64,000 nucleotides of DNA. Source: an uncultured Actinomycetota bacterium. GTDB taxonomy: Bacteria > Actinomycetota > Actinomycetes > JAHEKZ01. The notes beneath the pieces were generated by a model that was not told where the DNA came from, searched no databases, and saw only the letters and a list, made by a program, of their open reading frames with translations. Numbering within the stretch: the stretch's first letter is position 1; every line of letters starts with the position of its first letter. The stretch covers positions 128,001-192,000 of the forward strand of contig CAVURN010000001.1 of NCBI GenBank assembly GCA_963743915.1, read 5' to 3'. The position numbers and the translations under genes were made by a program. This document shows, piece after piece, positions 23,632 through 35,384 of the stretch.

Positions 23632-24744
23632 TCAGGCCGTGACGGTCCAGGTGTCGTTGCCGGCGAGCAGGCCGGCCAGCGCCTCGCGGTCGCCCGCCCC
23701 CTCCTCGTCGGTGGCGGCCGCGATCTGCTCGTGGAGCAGGTCGTCGTAGGTGGCCCGGTGCACGTCGCGGTAGACGCCGATCGCGGTGGTCCGCAGCGAC
23801 GTCGGGTCGGCCAGGCGCGACAGCGCGAAGGCGACCTCCGGGTTGGGTGCGTGTGCGTCGTGCACCAGCAGCCGCTTCGTGCCGTGCTCGGCTGCATCCA
23901 CGACGCGCAGCGTGCCGTCGGCCATGCGAGCCACCCCGTGCTGGCCCTCGGCCCCGAAGCGCACCGGCTCACCGTGCTCGAGGCGGATCAGCGCATCGTC
24001 CCGGGTGTCTGGCGACTTCAGCAGCTCGAAGGCGCCGTCGTTGAAGATGTTGCAGTTCTGGTAGATCTCGACGAGCGCCGTGCCGCGGTGGTGTGCGGCG
24101 GCGCGCAGCACGCTGGTCAGGTGCTTGCGGTCGGAGTCGATGGTGCGGGCCACGAAGGACGCCTCGGCGCCGAGCGCGAGCGACACGGGGTTGAACGGGA
24201 TGTCCAGCGAGCCGAGGGGCGTGGACTTCGTGACCTTGCCCTGCTCGGAGGTGGGGGAGTACTGACCCTTGGTGAGGCCGTAGATCCGGTTGTTGAAGAG
24301 CAGGATCTTGAGGTTGACGTTGCGGCGGAGCGCGTGGATCAGGTGGTTGCCGCCGATGGACAGGGCGTCACCGTCGCCCGTCACGACCCATACGGACAGG
24401 TCGGGACGCGAGATGGCCAGTCCGGTCGCGATCGTCGGCGCCCGTCCGTGGATTGAGTGCATGCCGTACGTGTTCATGTAGTACGGGAAGCGTGAGGAGC
24501 AGCCGATGCCCGACACGAACACGATGTTCTCGCGTCTGAGCTCCAGCTCGGGCAGGAACGACTGCACCGCGGCGAGGACGGCGTAGTCTCCGCACCCAGG
24601 ACACCAGCGGACCTCTTGGTCGGTCTTGAAGTCCTTCGCCGACTGGGGTGCCTCTGCCTTGGGGATGCCTGCGAGCGGATCGACGTGCGAGTCCTTGCGG
24701 GCGGCTGCGGCGACCAAGCCGAAACCGGGGGCGGGGCTATTCAT
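23632..24744 (-). CDS. korB: 2-oxoacid:ferredoxin oxidoreductase beta subunit
   Basis: WCPGCGD, SGIGCSSR, IHGRA, GDGD TPP motif, NNRIYGLTKGQYSPT. Confidence 0.95.
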   Translation of the reverse strand: MNSPAPGFGLVAAAARKDSHVDPLAGIPKAEAPQSAKDFKTDQEVRWCPGCGDYAVLAAVQSFLPELELRRENIVFVSGIGCSSRFPYYMNTYGMHSIHGRAPTIATGLAISRPDLSVWVVTGDGDALSIGGNHLIHALRRNVNLKILLFNNRIYGLTKGQYSPTSEQGKVTKSTPLGSLDIPFNPVSLALGAEASFVARTIDSDRKHLTSVLRAAAHHRGTALVEIYQNCNIFNDGAFELLKSPDTRDDALIRLEHGEPVRFGAEGQHGVARMADGTLRVVDAAEHGTKRLLVHDAHAPNPEVAFALSRLADPTSLRTTAIGVYRDVHRATYDDLLHEQIAAATDEEGAGDREALAGLLAGNDTWTVTA

Positions 24745-26599
24745 CGTTGGCGACCTCCTGGATCACCGAGGCCAGCTCTGCGGCCTTGAACGGCAGGCCC
24801 CGCACCTGGGTGTACGACACGACGTCGACGAGGAACTTCCCCCGGAGCAGCAGCGCCAGCTGACCGAGGTTCATCTCGGGCAGCAGCACCTTGCGGTAGC
24901 CGTGGAGCACCTGCTCGGTGTTCTCGGGCATGGGGTTGAGGTGGCGGAAGTGCGCCTGGGCCACGTGCAGCCCGGCGTCACGGCAGCGGCGCACCGCTGC
25001 CCCGATGGGTCCGTACGTGGACCCCCACCCGAGCACCAGGATGTCCGCGTCGCCGTCCGGGTCGTCGACCTCGAGGGGCGGGATCGACGCGGTGATGCGG
25101 TCGACCTTGGCCTGGCGGGTTCGCACCATGAGGTCGTGGTTGGCCGGGTCGTACGAGACGTTCCCGCTGCCGTCCTGCTTCTCGAGGCCGCCGATGCGGT
25201 GCTCGAGACCAGGTGTGCCCGGAGCTGCCCAGGCGCGGGCCAACGTGGTGGCGTCCCGCAGGTAGGGCCAGAACTCGGCGTCCCCGGCGTCGGTGGTGTG
25301 GTTGGGCTCCGTGGCGAAGCCGGGGTCGATCTCCGGCAGCGTGTCGAGGTCGGGGAGCCGCCAGGGCTCCGACCCGTTCGCCAGGTACCCGTCGGACAGC
25401 AGGATCACCGGGGTGCGGTACACGATCGCGATGCGCGTGGCCTCGATGGCGGCGTCGAAGCAGTCGCTGGGCGAGCGCGGCGCGATCAGCGGCACCGGCG
25501 CCTCACCGTTGCGCCCGAACATGGCCTGCAGCAGGTCGGACTGCTCGGTCTTCGTGGGGAGCCCCGTGGAGGGTCCACCGCGCTGGATGTCGCAGATGAC
25601 CAGGGGGAGCTCGAGGGAGACCGCCAGCCCGATCGTCTCGCTCTTGAGGGCCAGGCCGGGGCCCGACGTCGTGGTGACGCCGAGGTGCCCGCCGAAGGCC
25701 GCGCCCAGGGCCGCACCGATGCCGGCGATCTCGTCCTCCGCCTGGAAGGTGCGGACGCCGAACCGCTTGTGCTTGCTCAGCTCGTGCAGGATGTCGGACG
25801 CCGGGGTGATCGGGTAGGAACCCAGGAAGAGGGGCAGCCCGGACCGCCAGGACGCCACCAGCAGTCCGTACGAGAGGGCCAGGTTGCCGCTCACGTTGCG
25901 GTAGCGGCCTGCCTTCACCGGCGCCGGCTTGATCTCGTAGGAGACCGAGAAGTCCTCGGTGGTCTCCCCGAAGCTCCATCCGGCCTCGAAGGCGATGGTG
26001 TTCGCCTTGAGCAGCTCGGGCTTGCTGGCGAACTTCTTCTGCAGGAAGGCGAGCGTCCCCTCGGTCGGCCGGTGGTAGAGCCAGCACAGCAGCCCGAGGG
26101 CGAACATGTTCTTCGCCCGTTCGGCCTCCTTGCGCGAGACGTCGACGCCCTTGAGCGCCTCGACCGTCATCGACGTGAGGGGGATGGCGTGGACGCGATA
26201 CGCCTCGAGCTCGCCGGTGTCGAGCGGGCTCTCGGTGTATCCCACCCGTTGCAGGTTCCGCTTGCCGAACTCGTCGGTGTTGACGATGAGGTCCGAGCCC
26301 CGGGGCAGGTCGGCGAGGTTGGCCTTCAGGGCGGCCGGATTCATGGCGACGAGCACGTTGGGCGCGTCCCCCGGCGTCATGATGTCGTGGTCGGCGAAGT
26401 GCAGCTGGAACGCCGACACGCCGGGCAGCGTCCCGGCGGGGGCCCGAATCTCGGCGGGGAAGTCCGGCAGCGTGGCGAGGTCGTTGCCGAGCAGCGCCGT
26501 CTCGCTGGTGAACCGGTCACCGGTCAGCTGCATGCCGTCGCCGGAGTCGCCGGCGAACCGGATGATCACGCGATCGAGCTGCACCACTTGCTTGCTCAC
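24737..26599 (-). CDS. korA: 2-oxoacid:acceptor oxidoreductase alpha subunit (gamma-alpha fusion)
   Basis: FAGDSGDGMQLTG, YPITPAS, QAEDEI, TSGPG, QRGGPSTGLPTK. Confidence 0.95.
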   Translation of the reverse strand: MSKQVVQLDRVIIRFAGDSGDGMQLTGDRFTSETALLGNDLATLPDFPAEIRAPAGTLPGVSAFQLHFADHDIMTPGDAPNVLVAMNPAALKANLADLPRGSDLIVNTDEFGKRNLQRVGYTESPLDTGELEAYRVHAIPLTSMTVEALKGVDVSRKEAERAKNMFALGLLCWLYHRPTEGTLAFLQKKFASKPELLKANTIAFEAGWSFGETTEDFSVSYEIKPAPVKAGRYRNVSGNLALSYGLLVASWRSGLPLFLGSYPITPASDILHELSKHKRFGVRTFQAEDEIAGIGAALGAAFGGHLGVTTTSGPGLALKSETIGLAVSLELPLVICDIQRGGPSTGLPTKTEQSDLLQAMFGRNGEAPVPLIAPRSPSDCFDAAIEATRIAIVYRTPVILLSDGYLANGSEPWRLPDLDTLPEIDPGFATEPNHTTDAGDAEFWPYLRDATTLARAWAAPGTPGLEHRIGGLEKQDGSGNVSYDPANHDLMVRTRQAKVDRITASIPPLEVDDPDGDADILVLGWGSTYGPIGAAVRRCRDAGLHVAQAHFRHLNPMPENTEQVLHGYRKVLLPEMNLGQLALLLRGKFLVDVVSYTQVRGLPFKAAELASVIQEVANDE

Positions 26600-26709
26600 G
26601 GTCCGATGCTACGTCCGCGCGTCCCCCTACGATGGGACCCCGGGTGGCTGGGCGGAGCCAGCGGCCCTTTCGGTCCGGTTGCGGCCGGATCTCGAGCCTG
26701 GGGAGGGCC

Positions 26710-27081
26710 GTGGAGGGCTACCTGGACGGCTACGCGGTCGTGGCCGCAGCCATCGGGCTCGGAATCGCCTTCGTGGTGGCCGGTCTGACGGCCAACCGGC
26801 TGCTGCGGCCGGATGTCCCGTCGGCCGAGAAGTCCACCACCTACGAGTGCGGGATCGACCCGGTGGGTGAGGGCTGGGCCCAGACGAACGTCCGGTACTA
26901 CGTCTTCGTCTACCTCTACGTGATCTTCGCGGTCGACGCCGTCTACCTCTTCCCGTGGGCCACGGTCTTCGACGCGCCGGGCTACGGCGTCGTGACGCTG
27001 GTCGAGATGGTGCTGTTCATCGGGTTCCTCGCCACCGGCATCCTCTACGCGTGGCGACGCGGCGTCCTGCGGTGGGTGTGA
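26710..27081 (+). CDS. nuoA: Complex I-like subunit A, second cluster
   Basis: [23 protein letters not shown]; GGAGG RBS before GTG 26710. Confidence 0.92.
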   Translation: MEGYLDGYAVVAAAIGLGIAFVVAGLTANRLLRPDVPSAEKSTTYECGIDPVGEGWAQTNVRYYVFVYLYVIFAVDAVYLFPWATVFDAPGYGVVTLVEMVLFIGFLATGILYAWRRGVLRWV

Positions 27082-27082
27082 C

Positions 27083-27628
27083 GTGACCGCCGTCGACCTG
27101 CCGAACCCTCGCCTCGGGATGCTCTCCTCGCTCGCCCCCAAGCCGGTCCGCCTCGTGCTCAACTGGGGCCGGCGCTACAGCCTCTGGGTGTTCAACTTCG
27201 GCCTGGCCTGCTGTGCGATCGAGTTCATCGCGACCTCGATGAGCCGCTACGACTTCATTCGGCTCGGCGTCATCCCCTTCGCCCCGAGCCCGCGACAGGC
27301 TGACCTCATGGTCGTCTCCGGCACCGTGACCGACAAGATGGCGCCGGCGATCCGGCGCCTCTACGACCAGATGCCAGAACCCAAGTACGTCATCTCGTTC
27401 GGAGCCTGCTCGAACTGCGGTGGTCCCTACTGGGACAGCTACTCGGTCACCAAGGGGGTCGACCAGATCATCCCGGTGGACGTCTACGTGCCTGGCTGCC
27501 CGCCGCGTCCAGAGGCGCTGCTCCAGGGGATCCTCAAGCTGCAGGAGAAGATCGCCGCAGAGGACGTGCGTGAGCGGTACCGCCCCTCACCTTCGGCGTT
27601 GACCCGGCCCCTGGTGGGACGCGCATGA
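27083..27628 (+). CDS. nuoB: Complex I-like subunit B, second cluster
   Basis: [31 protein letters not shown]. Confidence 0.95.
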   Translation: MTAVDLPNPRLGMLSSLAPKPVRLVLNWGRRYSLWVFNFGLACCAIEFIATSMSRYDFIRLGVIPFAPSPRQADLMVVSGTVTDKMAPAIRRLYDQMPEPKYVISFGACSNCGGPYWDSYSVTKGVDQIIPVDVYVPGCPPRPEALLQGILKLQEKIAAEDVRERYRPSPSALTRPLVGRA

Positions 27629-28212
27629 CCGCTGGCTGGGACCTCGACGCTCTCGAGTCCGCACTCGCCGCTTCCGGGATCGAGGCCGTCGTGACCGAGG
27701 CGTTCGACGACGTCACGGTCGCCGTCGGCGCGGCGGACTGGGTCCGGTGCCTCACTGCCCTGCGGGACGACCACGGATTGGGCTACTTCGACTGGCTGTC
27801 GGCTGTCGACGAGGGCGACGACGGCTTCTCCATCTTCTGCCACCTCTATGACCCTCAGGCGCATCGTCACCTGCTGGCGAGCACGCGCACCCCCCGTGCC
27901 GTGCCGGCGCTGCCCACGGCCACGGGTGTGTTCCGCGGTGCAGCCTGGCATGAGCGTGAGACGCACGAGATGTTCGGCATCGACTTCCCCGGGCACCCGT
28001 ACCTGGCCCCGTTGCTGCTGTCCGACGGGTTCGAGGGACATCCGCTGCGCAAGGACTTCGTCCTGACGGCACGGGTCTCCAAGTCGTGGCCGGGCGCGAA
28101 GGAACCGGGCGAGTCCAGCCACGAGGGCGCGCCCAGCCGGCGGAAGATGCAGCCGCCCGGCGTGCCCGACCCCTCGTGGGGTCCTCACGAGCCGGCGGTC
28201 GACGATGCCTGA
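27625..28212 (+). CDS. nuoC: Complex I-like subunit C, second cluster
   Basis: [26 protein letters not shown]. Confidence 0.93.
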   Translation: MTAGWDLDALESALAASGIEAVVTEAFDDVTVAVGAADWVRCLTALRDDHGLGYFDWLSAVDEGDDGFSIFCHLYDPQAHRHLLASTRTPRAVPALPTATGVFRGAAWHERETHEMFGIDFPGHPYLAPLLLSDGFEGHPLRKDFVLTARVSKSWPGAKEPGESSHEGAPSRRKMQPPGVPDPSWGPHEPAVDDA

Positions 28213-29155
28213 GCTGCTCGAGGTCGCGCTGCGGCTGCTGGTGGTGCTGGTCGCCTTCCTCACGCTGCCGCTGCTCGTCGGCCAGCTCGAGCACAAGGTC
28301 ATGGCCCACATGCAGGCACGGATGGGCCCCATGTACGCGGGCGGCTTTCACGGCTGGGCCCAGCTGGTCGCCGACGGCGTCAAGTTCGCACAGAAGGAGG
28401 ACATCGTCCCGGCCGCGGCCGACGCCACCGTCTACCGGCTCGCCCCGGCCTTCGCCCTGATCCCGTACCTGGTCGTGCTCGTCGCGATCCCCGTCGGTCC
28501 CGGGCTCGTGGGGCAGGACCTCGATGCAGGCGTCTTCTTCGTGCTCGCGGTGATGGGCGTCGGGGTGATCGGCACCCTGATGGCCGGGTGGGCCAGCGCC
28601 AACAAGTACTCGCTGCTCGGGGCCGTGCGCCAGGTGTCGCAGCTTCTGGCCTACGAGCTGCCCTTCGTGCTCGCGGCTGCCTCGGTGGTGATGGCCGCCG
28701 GCTCGCTCGCCTTCACCGACATCGTCGACGCATGGCAGCCGTGGTGGCTGGTCTGGCAGCTGCCCGGCGCGGTGGTCTTCTTCGTCGCCGGTCTCGCCGA
28801 GCTCAACCGGCCACCGTTCGACATGCCGGTGGCGGACGCCGAGATCATCTTCGGTCCGTACACCGAGTACACCGGGCTGCGCTTCGCGCTCTTCCTGTTG
28901 GCCGAGTACGCCGGGATCGTCGTGCTCTGCCTGCTCACCAGCGTCCTGTTCCTCGGCGGGTGGAACGGTCCGTTCGGTGACAGCTGGTTGTGGACGCTTG
29001 CCAAGGGAGGCGTCCTGGCCTTCGTCGTGGTCTGGCTGCGGGTCAGCTACCCGCGGCTGCGGGCCGACCAGCTGCAGAAGCTTGCCTGGCAGGTGCTCAT
29101 CCCGGTGGCCCTCGCCCAGCTGCTGCTCACGGGTGTGGTGACGGTGGCATGGTGA
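28205..29155 (+). CDS. nuoH: Complex I-like subunit H, second cluster
   Basis: [40 protein letters not shown]. Confidence 0.93.
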   Translation: MPELLEVALRLLVVLVAFLTLPLLVGQLEHKVMAHMQARMGPMYAGGFHGWAQLVADGVKFAQKEDIVPAAADATVYRLAPAFALIPYLVVLVAIPVGPGLVGQDLDAGVFFVLAVMGVGVIGTLMAGWASANKYSLLGAVRQVSQLLAYELPFVLAAASVVMAAGSLAFTDIVDAWQPWWLVWQLPGAVVFFVAGLAELNRPPFDMPVADAEIIFGPYTEYTGLRFALFLLAEYAGIVVLCLLTSVLFLGGWNGPFGDSWLWTLAKGGVLAFVVVWLRVSYPRLRADQLQKLAWQVLIPVALAQLLLTGVVTVAW

Positions 29156-29694
29156 AGCGTGAGGGCGAGAAGGGGGTGGGCCTGTTCAAGGGCCTGGGCA
29201 TCACCCTGACCACCTTGACCCGGCGTTCGGTCACCCAGCAGTACCCCGACGTCAAGCCCGAGCTGCCTCCTCGCAGCCGAGGCGTCATCGCGTTGTTCGA
29301 GGAGAACTGCACCTCCTGCATGCTGTGTGCCCGAGAGTGCCCTGACTGGTGCATCTACATCGACTCGCACAAAGAGGTCATCCCCGCTCCTGAGACGGGC
29401 GGACGTGAGCGCACCCGCAACGTCCTCGACCGCTTCGCGATCGACTTCTCGCTCTGCATGTACTGCGGCATCTGCATCGAGGTCTGTCCGTTCGACGCAC
29501 TCTTCTGGTCACCGGAGTTCGAGTACTCCGAGTTCGACATCCGTGACCTCACCCATGAGAAGGACCGCCTCGGTGCCTGGATGCAGACCGTGCCACCGCC
29601 TCCGGCGCTCGACCCGGCGGCCGCGGAGCCCAAGGAGCTGCTGAGCGCCCGCAAGAAGGCTGCACCTCCCGCAGCGCCCGAGGCCGACCAGTGA
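29149..29694 (+). CDS. nuoI: Complex I-like subunit I, second cluster
   Basis: [12 protein letters not shown] and [12 protein letters not shown]. Confidence 0.93.
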   Translation: MVKREGEKGVGLFKGLGITLTTLTRRSVTQQYPDVKPELPPRSRGVIALFEENCTSCMLCARECPDWCIYIDSHKEVIPAPETGGRERTRNVLDRFAIDFSLCMYCGICIEVCPFDALFWSPEFEYSEFDIRDLTHEKDRLGAWMQTVPPPPALDPAAAEPKELLSARKKAAPPAAPEADQ

Positions 29695-30220
29695 GCGACC
29701 GCTCCCTGCTCTCCCCGACCGGCGTCGATGTCGTCCTGATCCTGCTCGGTCTGCTGGCGATCGCCTCGGCTCTGCTCGTGGTGACGACGAAGCAGATCGT
29801 GCACGCGGCCCTGTGGCTCGTCGTCTCCCTCGGTGCGGTTGCCGGCTGCTACCTGGTGATGTCTGCGGAGTTCGTCGCCTGGATGCAGGTGCTCATCTAC
29901 CTCGGCGCCGTCGTCGTGCTGCTGCTGTTCGGCCTGATGCTGACGCGCGCCCCCATCGGCCCGTCCGAGGACCTCACCGGCACGCAACCGCGTCGTCGGC
30001 CTGCTTGCCGGCGTCGCCACCACCGCGGTGCTCGTCGTGCTGCTGGTCGACGCGTTCGGCCGCACGATGGTCGACCTCGACGGCCCCGCGTCGACCGCGC
30101 TCGGTGATCGGTCAGGCGATGTTCCGCTACTGGGTGCTGCCCTTCGAGGCGCTGTCAGTGCTGCTGCTTGCCGCCCTGGTCGGGGCGATCGCCCTCTCCA
30201 AGCCGGACGAGGAGGCGTAG
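29691..30220 (+). CDS. nuoJ: Complex I-like subunit J, second cluster (two apparent frameshifts)
   Basis: [47 protein letters not shown]. Confidence 0.88.
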
Positions 30221-30535
30221 TGCACCTCGTCATCCCTCTGGTGATCTCCGCAGCCCTCTTCGGGATCGGGGTCTACGGCCTGCTGGTCCGGCGTAACGCC
30301 ATCCTGGTGCTGATGGCCGTCGAGCTGATGCTCAACGCCGTCAACATCAGCCTGGTGGCGTTCGACGCGTACTGGGCCGAAGCGCTGCGGGCCGGGCAGT
30401 CGCTGACCATCTTCGTCATCACGATCGCAGCGGCCGAGATCGGGCTCGGACTGGCCATCGTGCTCATGCTCTACCGGATCGCGGCGCACGATCGCCGTCG
30501 ACGAGGCGACCGACCTGCGCGAGGTGGTCGAGTGA
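30220..30535 (+). CDS. nuoK: Complex I-like subunit K, second cluster (frameshift near 3' end)
   Basis: [30 protein letters not shown]. Confidence 0.9.
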
Positions 30536-32373
30536 GCACCGCCCTCGTCATGGTCGTCGTCCCCGCCGTTGCGTCGCTGCTGGCACTGCTGCTCGGCGGC
30601 TCGTCGCGTCGGGTCGCTGGCGTCGCTCGCAGTGGCGGGGCCGTTGGGTGCTCTTGTCGCTGGCGGTCGACCTGGCGTCGCGCAGTCCCTGGGACGTCCC
30701 GGTCACCGACGAGGGCTTCGTCGGGTGTGCTGCAGCCGTTCCCCGCGGCCACCGTGGTCGACGGACTCGCGGTCAGCGTGGCCCTCATGGTGGCGTTCGT
30801 GGCGACGTTGGTGCAGGTCTACTCGATCGGGTACATGCGGGACGAGCCGCGGTACGCCGAGCTACTCGGCCTTCATCTCGCTCTTCACGGCGGCCATGCT
30901 GGCGGTGGTCGTGGCAGGTGACCTGCTGCTGCTGGTCGTCGGCTGGGAGGTCATGGGCCTGTGCTCCTACCTGCTGATCGGCCAGCACTGGGAGCAGCAG
31001 GAGGCTCGACGTGCCGCCGTCAAGGCCTTCCTCGTCACGAAGGTCGGTGACATCGGGTTCATCGTCGGCATCGTCGTGCTGATCGGGGCCACCGGCTCGC
31101 TGCTGCTGCCGAACGCCATCCAGGCCGGCGCGGCCGACCCCACGGTGGCGATGGTGGTGTCGCCGCTGTTGCTGCTCGGTGTGCTGGGCAAGTCGGCACA
31201 GTTCCCGCTGCACGCGTGGCTGCCGGACGCGATGGCCGGTCCGTCCCCGGTCAGCGCCCTGATCCACGCGGCGACCATGGTGGCGGCGGGTGTGTACGTC
31301 GTGGCGCGGGTCTACCCGATCTTCCTGGCCGTTCCCGAGGTCCTCACCGTGATGGCGCTGATCGCGTGCGTGACGATGCTCGGTGCCGCCGTGCTCGCGG
31401 TGGTGCAGACCGAGCTGAAGCGGGTGCTGGCCTGGTCGACCGTCAGCCAGCTCGCCTACATGGTCGCGGCGCTGGCGGTCGGCTCGCGGGACGCCGCGGT
31501 CTTCCACCTGCTCACCCACGCCTTCTTCAAGGCACTGCTGTTCCTGTCGGCCGGCGCCGTCATCCACGCCGTGGGCAGCGGGCAGCTGCGCGACCTCGGC
31601 GGCCTGCGCCGGGCCATGCCGGTCACGTTCGCCACGATGTCGGTCGGTCTGCTCGCGCTCGTCGGTGTCTTCCCCCTCGCCGGCTTCTTCAGCAAGGAGT
31701 CGGTGCTGGTGGCGGCCGAGCACGCGGCGCAGGGGGACGCCGAGGTCGCGTCGTGGGTCGGTTGGCTCGTCCTGATGGTGGCCGCGGCGACCATCGCCGT
31801 CACTGCGGTCTACGCGATGCGGCTCTGGGTGCTCACGTGGGGTGGTCCCCGCTCGCGAGGCGCACGAGGCTCCCGCGATGATGACGGCACCACTGGTGCT
31901 GCTCGCCGTCCCTTCAGCCGCCTTCGGTGTGTTGGCCCTCGAGCGACTCGTGGCTCCCGACCTGGATCACCGCCGAGACGACGCAGCCGACAGGGTCGCC
32001 CGAGGCGCTCACCCCAGAGCTGCTCACGGTCGTGATCTCGGTCGCCGCGATCGTCGTCGGCGTGCTGGGCTTCGTGGCTGTGCGTCGCCGGCTGCTCGAC
32101 ACCGCGGCCGAGCCGCTGCTGACCGGTGGCTTCGGCGTCGACGCGGCCTACCGCGTGCTCGTGGTCCATCCCTTCGAGCGACTCGTCCGTCTCACGTCGG
32201 CGGTTGACTCCTCGGTCATCGGCCAGGGGGTGTCTGCCGTCGGCGGCGGCGTCATCGCAGCCGGGCGAGCCGCGCAACGGGTGCAGCAGGGCGACGTGCA
32301 GCGCTATGTCTCCGTCGCCGCGGTGGCCACGCTGGTCGCGGTCGTCGTGATGCTGGTGGCGGTGGCCACGTGA
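30532..32373 (+). CDS. nuoL: Complex I-like subunit L, second cluster (multiple frameshifts)
   Basis: [57 protein letters not shown]. Confidence 0.88.
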
Positions 32374-33876
32374 CCTGGATCCTGCCGCTCGGCGCTCGCC
32401 GTCCCAGCTGTCGGGAGCCCTGGTGCTGCTGGTCACCGGTCACCGGGCCGAGCGCTGGGCGACCTGGTTCGGCTTGGCGCTGCAGACCATCGGTCTGGTG
32501 CTGGCGGTGGTGGCGCTGGCCGGCTTCGACACCGCACGTGCGGCTGAGCAGCAGTACGTCGTCGAAGCGGGCTGGGTCCCCGAGCTCGGAGTCGACCTGC
32601 GTCTCGGCGTCGACGGCATCTCGCTCCCCCTCGTGGTGCTCACCGCCCTGCTCGGCTGGTCGGCCGCGGTGTACACCGTGAGGCGCGTCCCCGAGCCCGG
32701 TCGCGCCCGCGGCTTCGTCGGCCTGCTGCTGCTGCTGCAGGTGGGCATGCTCGGCACCTTCATGGCGCTGGACCTCATCCTCTTCTTCGTCTTCTTCGAG
32801 GTCGTGCTCGCGCCGATGTGGTTCCTGATCGCGTTCTGGGGGAGCGGTGAGCGTCGCCGGGCGGCGAACACGTTCATCCTCTACACGGTGCTCGGCTCGA
32901 TCGTCATGCTGGCGGGGTTCCTGGTCGTGATCGTCGACACCGGCACGGGAGACATGGTGGCCCTGGCCGCCGGCCTCGGTGCGCAGATGTCCGGTGGTCC
33001 GCAGCTGCTCGCCGCGTTGCTGATCCTCGGCGGGCTCGCGGTCAAGACGCCCGATGTGGCCGTTGCACACCTGGCTGCCCGACGCCCACACCGCCGCCCC
33101 GACGGTCGGGTCGGTGCTGCTGGCCGGCGTCCTGCTCAAGATGGGCACGTACGGGATGGTGCGGATCGTCGTCCCGACCCTGCCCGACGCCATGGCCTCG
33201 ATCGCCCCGTACCTCGGTGCGTTCGCGGTCGTCGGCATCCTCTACGGCGCGCTGGCCAGCTACGGGCAGGACGACCTCAAGCGGGTCATCGCCTTCTCGT
33301 CCGTCGGGCACATGGGCTTCGTGCTGCTCGGCATCTCCACCCTGTCGGTGGTCGGGCTCAACGCGGCGCTGTTCGGCAACCTGGCGCACGGCCTGATCAC
33401 CGGCCTGCTGTTCTTCGTGGTCGGTGGCATCAAGCAGCGCACCGGCACCACCGACTTCGCCACGCTGCCGCGCGGCCTGTATGCCAGTGCTCCTCGACTC
33501 GGGTTCCTGCTCGGGCTTCGCTGCCGTCGCCAGTCTCGGCCTGCCGGGACTGGCCGGGTTCTGGGGCGAGTTCCTCGCGCTCGTCGGTGCCTACCACCCC
33601 GGCGTCCCGCACCGCTGGTTCTACCGGGTCCTGCTCGTGCTCGCCGCCGTCGGCATGGTGCTGACTGCGGCGTACTTCCTGCGGGTCCTGCGGCGCGTCG
33701 GTCAGGGTCCGGTCCCCGAGCAGCAGCTCGACGACGTCACCGCCGACGAGTGGGCGGCGTGGACGCCACTCGTCGTGCTCACCGTGGTGCTCGGCCTCGC
33801 ACCCGTGCTGGTGTTCGAGCTGACCGACGCACCGGTGCGGGCCATCCTCGAAGTGGTTGCGGGGGCGATGCCGTGA
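32370..33876 (+). CDS. nuoM: Complex I-like subunit M, second cluster (multiple frameshifts)
   Basis: LGVDGIS, FFVFFEVVLAPM, PLHTWLPDAH, AFSSVGHMG, LPGLAGFWGE. Confidence 0.88.
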
Positions 33877-35374
33877 CCATCCAGTCGATCGACCTGTTGA
33901 CGCTGTCCCCGACCCTGGTGGTGGCGGGGACGCACTGCTGGCGCTCGTCGCCGACCTCCTGGTGCGCCGCGTCGTCCGTCGTCGTGGGGCTTGGCGCTCG
34001 TGGGCTTGGCTGCTGCGACCTTCCTGGCCCTGCTCGGCAAGGGCGCGACGCTCTGCACCGAGCAGGGCGGCGTGCGCGTACGTACACGGTGACCGTCTTC
34101 TCGGCCGCCCTGCAGCTCGTGGTGCTCGTCGGCACCGCTCGTCGTGCTGCTGATGGCCGTGCCGGACCTCACGGACCGCCGGGTCCCCGTCGGGGAGTTC
34201 GTCTTCCTGCTGCTCTCCTCGGCGTCCGGCGCAGTGCTCGTCCCGGCGACCACCGACCTCGTCACGCTGATCGTGGCGCTCGAGGTGGTCTCTCTGCCCA
34301 CCTTCGCCCTGATCGCCCTGCACCGGGGCGAGCCTCGGGCGGCCGAGGGCGCGATGAAGGCGTTCCTCTTCTCCGTCTCGTCGGTGGCGCGTCGCGCTCT
34401 ACGGCATCGCCCTGCTGTACGGCACCACCGGACAGGTGTCGTTCATCGAGCTGCGGCGCCGTCGGCATCCGCCTCCAGCCCCACGCCGCTGGCGACTGCC
34501 GGGCTCGTCATGCTGCTGGCGGTCGTCGCCTTCAAGGTGGCGGCCGTGCCCTTCCACGCCTGGGCACCGGACGCCTACCAGGCCGCCACCGTCCCGGTCG
34601 CCGCCTACCTGTCGGTGGTGTCGAAGACCGCCGGGTTCGCGGCGCTGCTGCTGATCGCGTCCACCTTCAGGGAGTGGACGCAGGTCTGGGCTCCAGTGGT
34701 CGCCGTACTGGCAGCGGTCACCATCCTGGTCGGCAACGTCGTGGCCCTGCGCCAGCGCGACGCCGTCCGGCTGCTGGCGTGGTCGTCGATCGCCCAGGCC
34801 GGCTACGTGCTCGTCCCGTTGGGCGCCCTCGCCGGCACGCTGGCCTGGAGCAGCGACATTGCCGCCGCCGTGGTCGGTTACCTGGTGGCGTACGCGGCGA
34901 TGAATCTCGGGGCGTTCGCCGTCGTGGCGATCGTCAGGCGTCGGGCCGGTCTGGTCAGCCTGGCCGACTACCGGGGACTGGCCTGGCGGTCGCCCTGGCT
35001 CGCGCGTGTCCTTGGCGTTCTTCCTGGCGGCGCTCGCGGGACTGCCGCCCGGGCTGATCGGACTCTTCGTCAAGGTGCGGGTGCTCGTCGTGCCCGTCGA
35101 CGGAGAGCTGTGGTGGCTGGTGGCCGCCATGGCGATCGGCACCGTGATCGGGCTGGCGTACTACCTCTACTGGGCGGCGCAGCTCTTCCGCCGGCCCGAG
35201 GGCGCGGTCGAGCAGCTCGACGTCGCGAGCTGGCCGGCCCGGCTCGCGGTGGCGATCACGCTCGCCGTCACCGTGGTTCTTTCGGTCGCGCCCTCCCTGG
35301 CGCTCGGGCTCACCGAGTCGACGGGCAGCCGAGATCACGCTCCTGGGGCGGTGAGCCCCGGCGTCCGGTGGTAG
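33873..35374 (+). CDS. nuoN: Complex I-like subunit N, second cluster (multiple frameshifts)
   Basis: LEVVSLP, FKVAAVPFHAWAPDAYQ, RLLAWSSIAQAGY, LAGLPPG. Confidence 0.87.
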
Positions 35375-35384
35375 TAGTGGAGGC

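Noticed and set aside
26630-26680. DosR-like half sites (GGGACC, GGCCCTTTCGGTCC) in the korA-nuoA2 spacer
   Set aside because: Too degenerate to distinguish from chance in GC-rich DNA without a PWM scan
16420-26788. Long antisense or alternate-frame ORFs (e.g. 16420..17946, 18623..20542, 24626..26788)
   Set aside because: Shadow ORFs expected from high GC3 codon bias; they overlap well-supported genes and show no motifs
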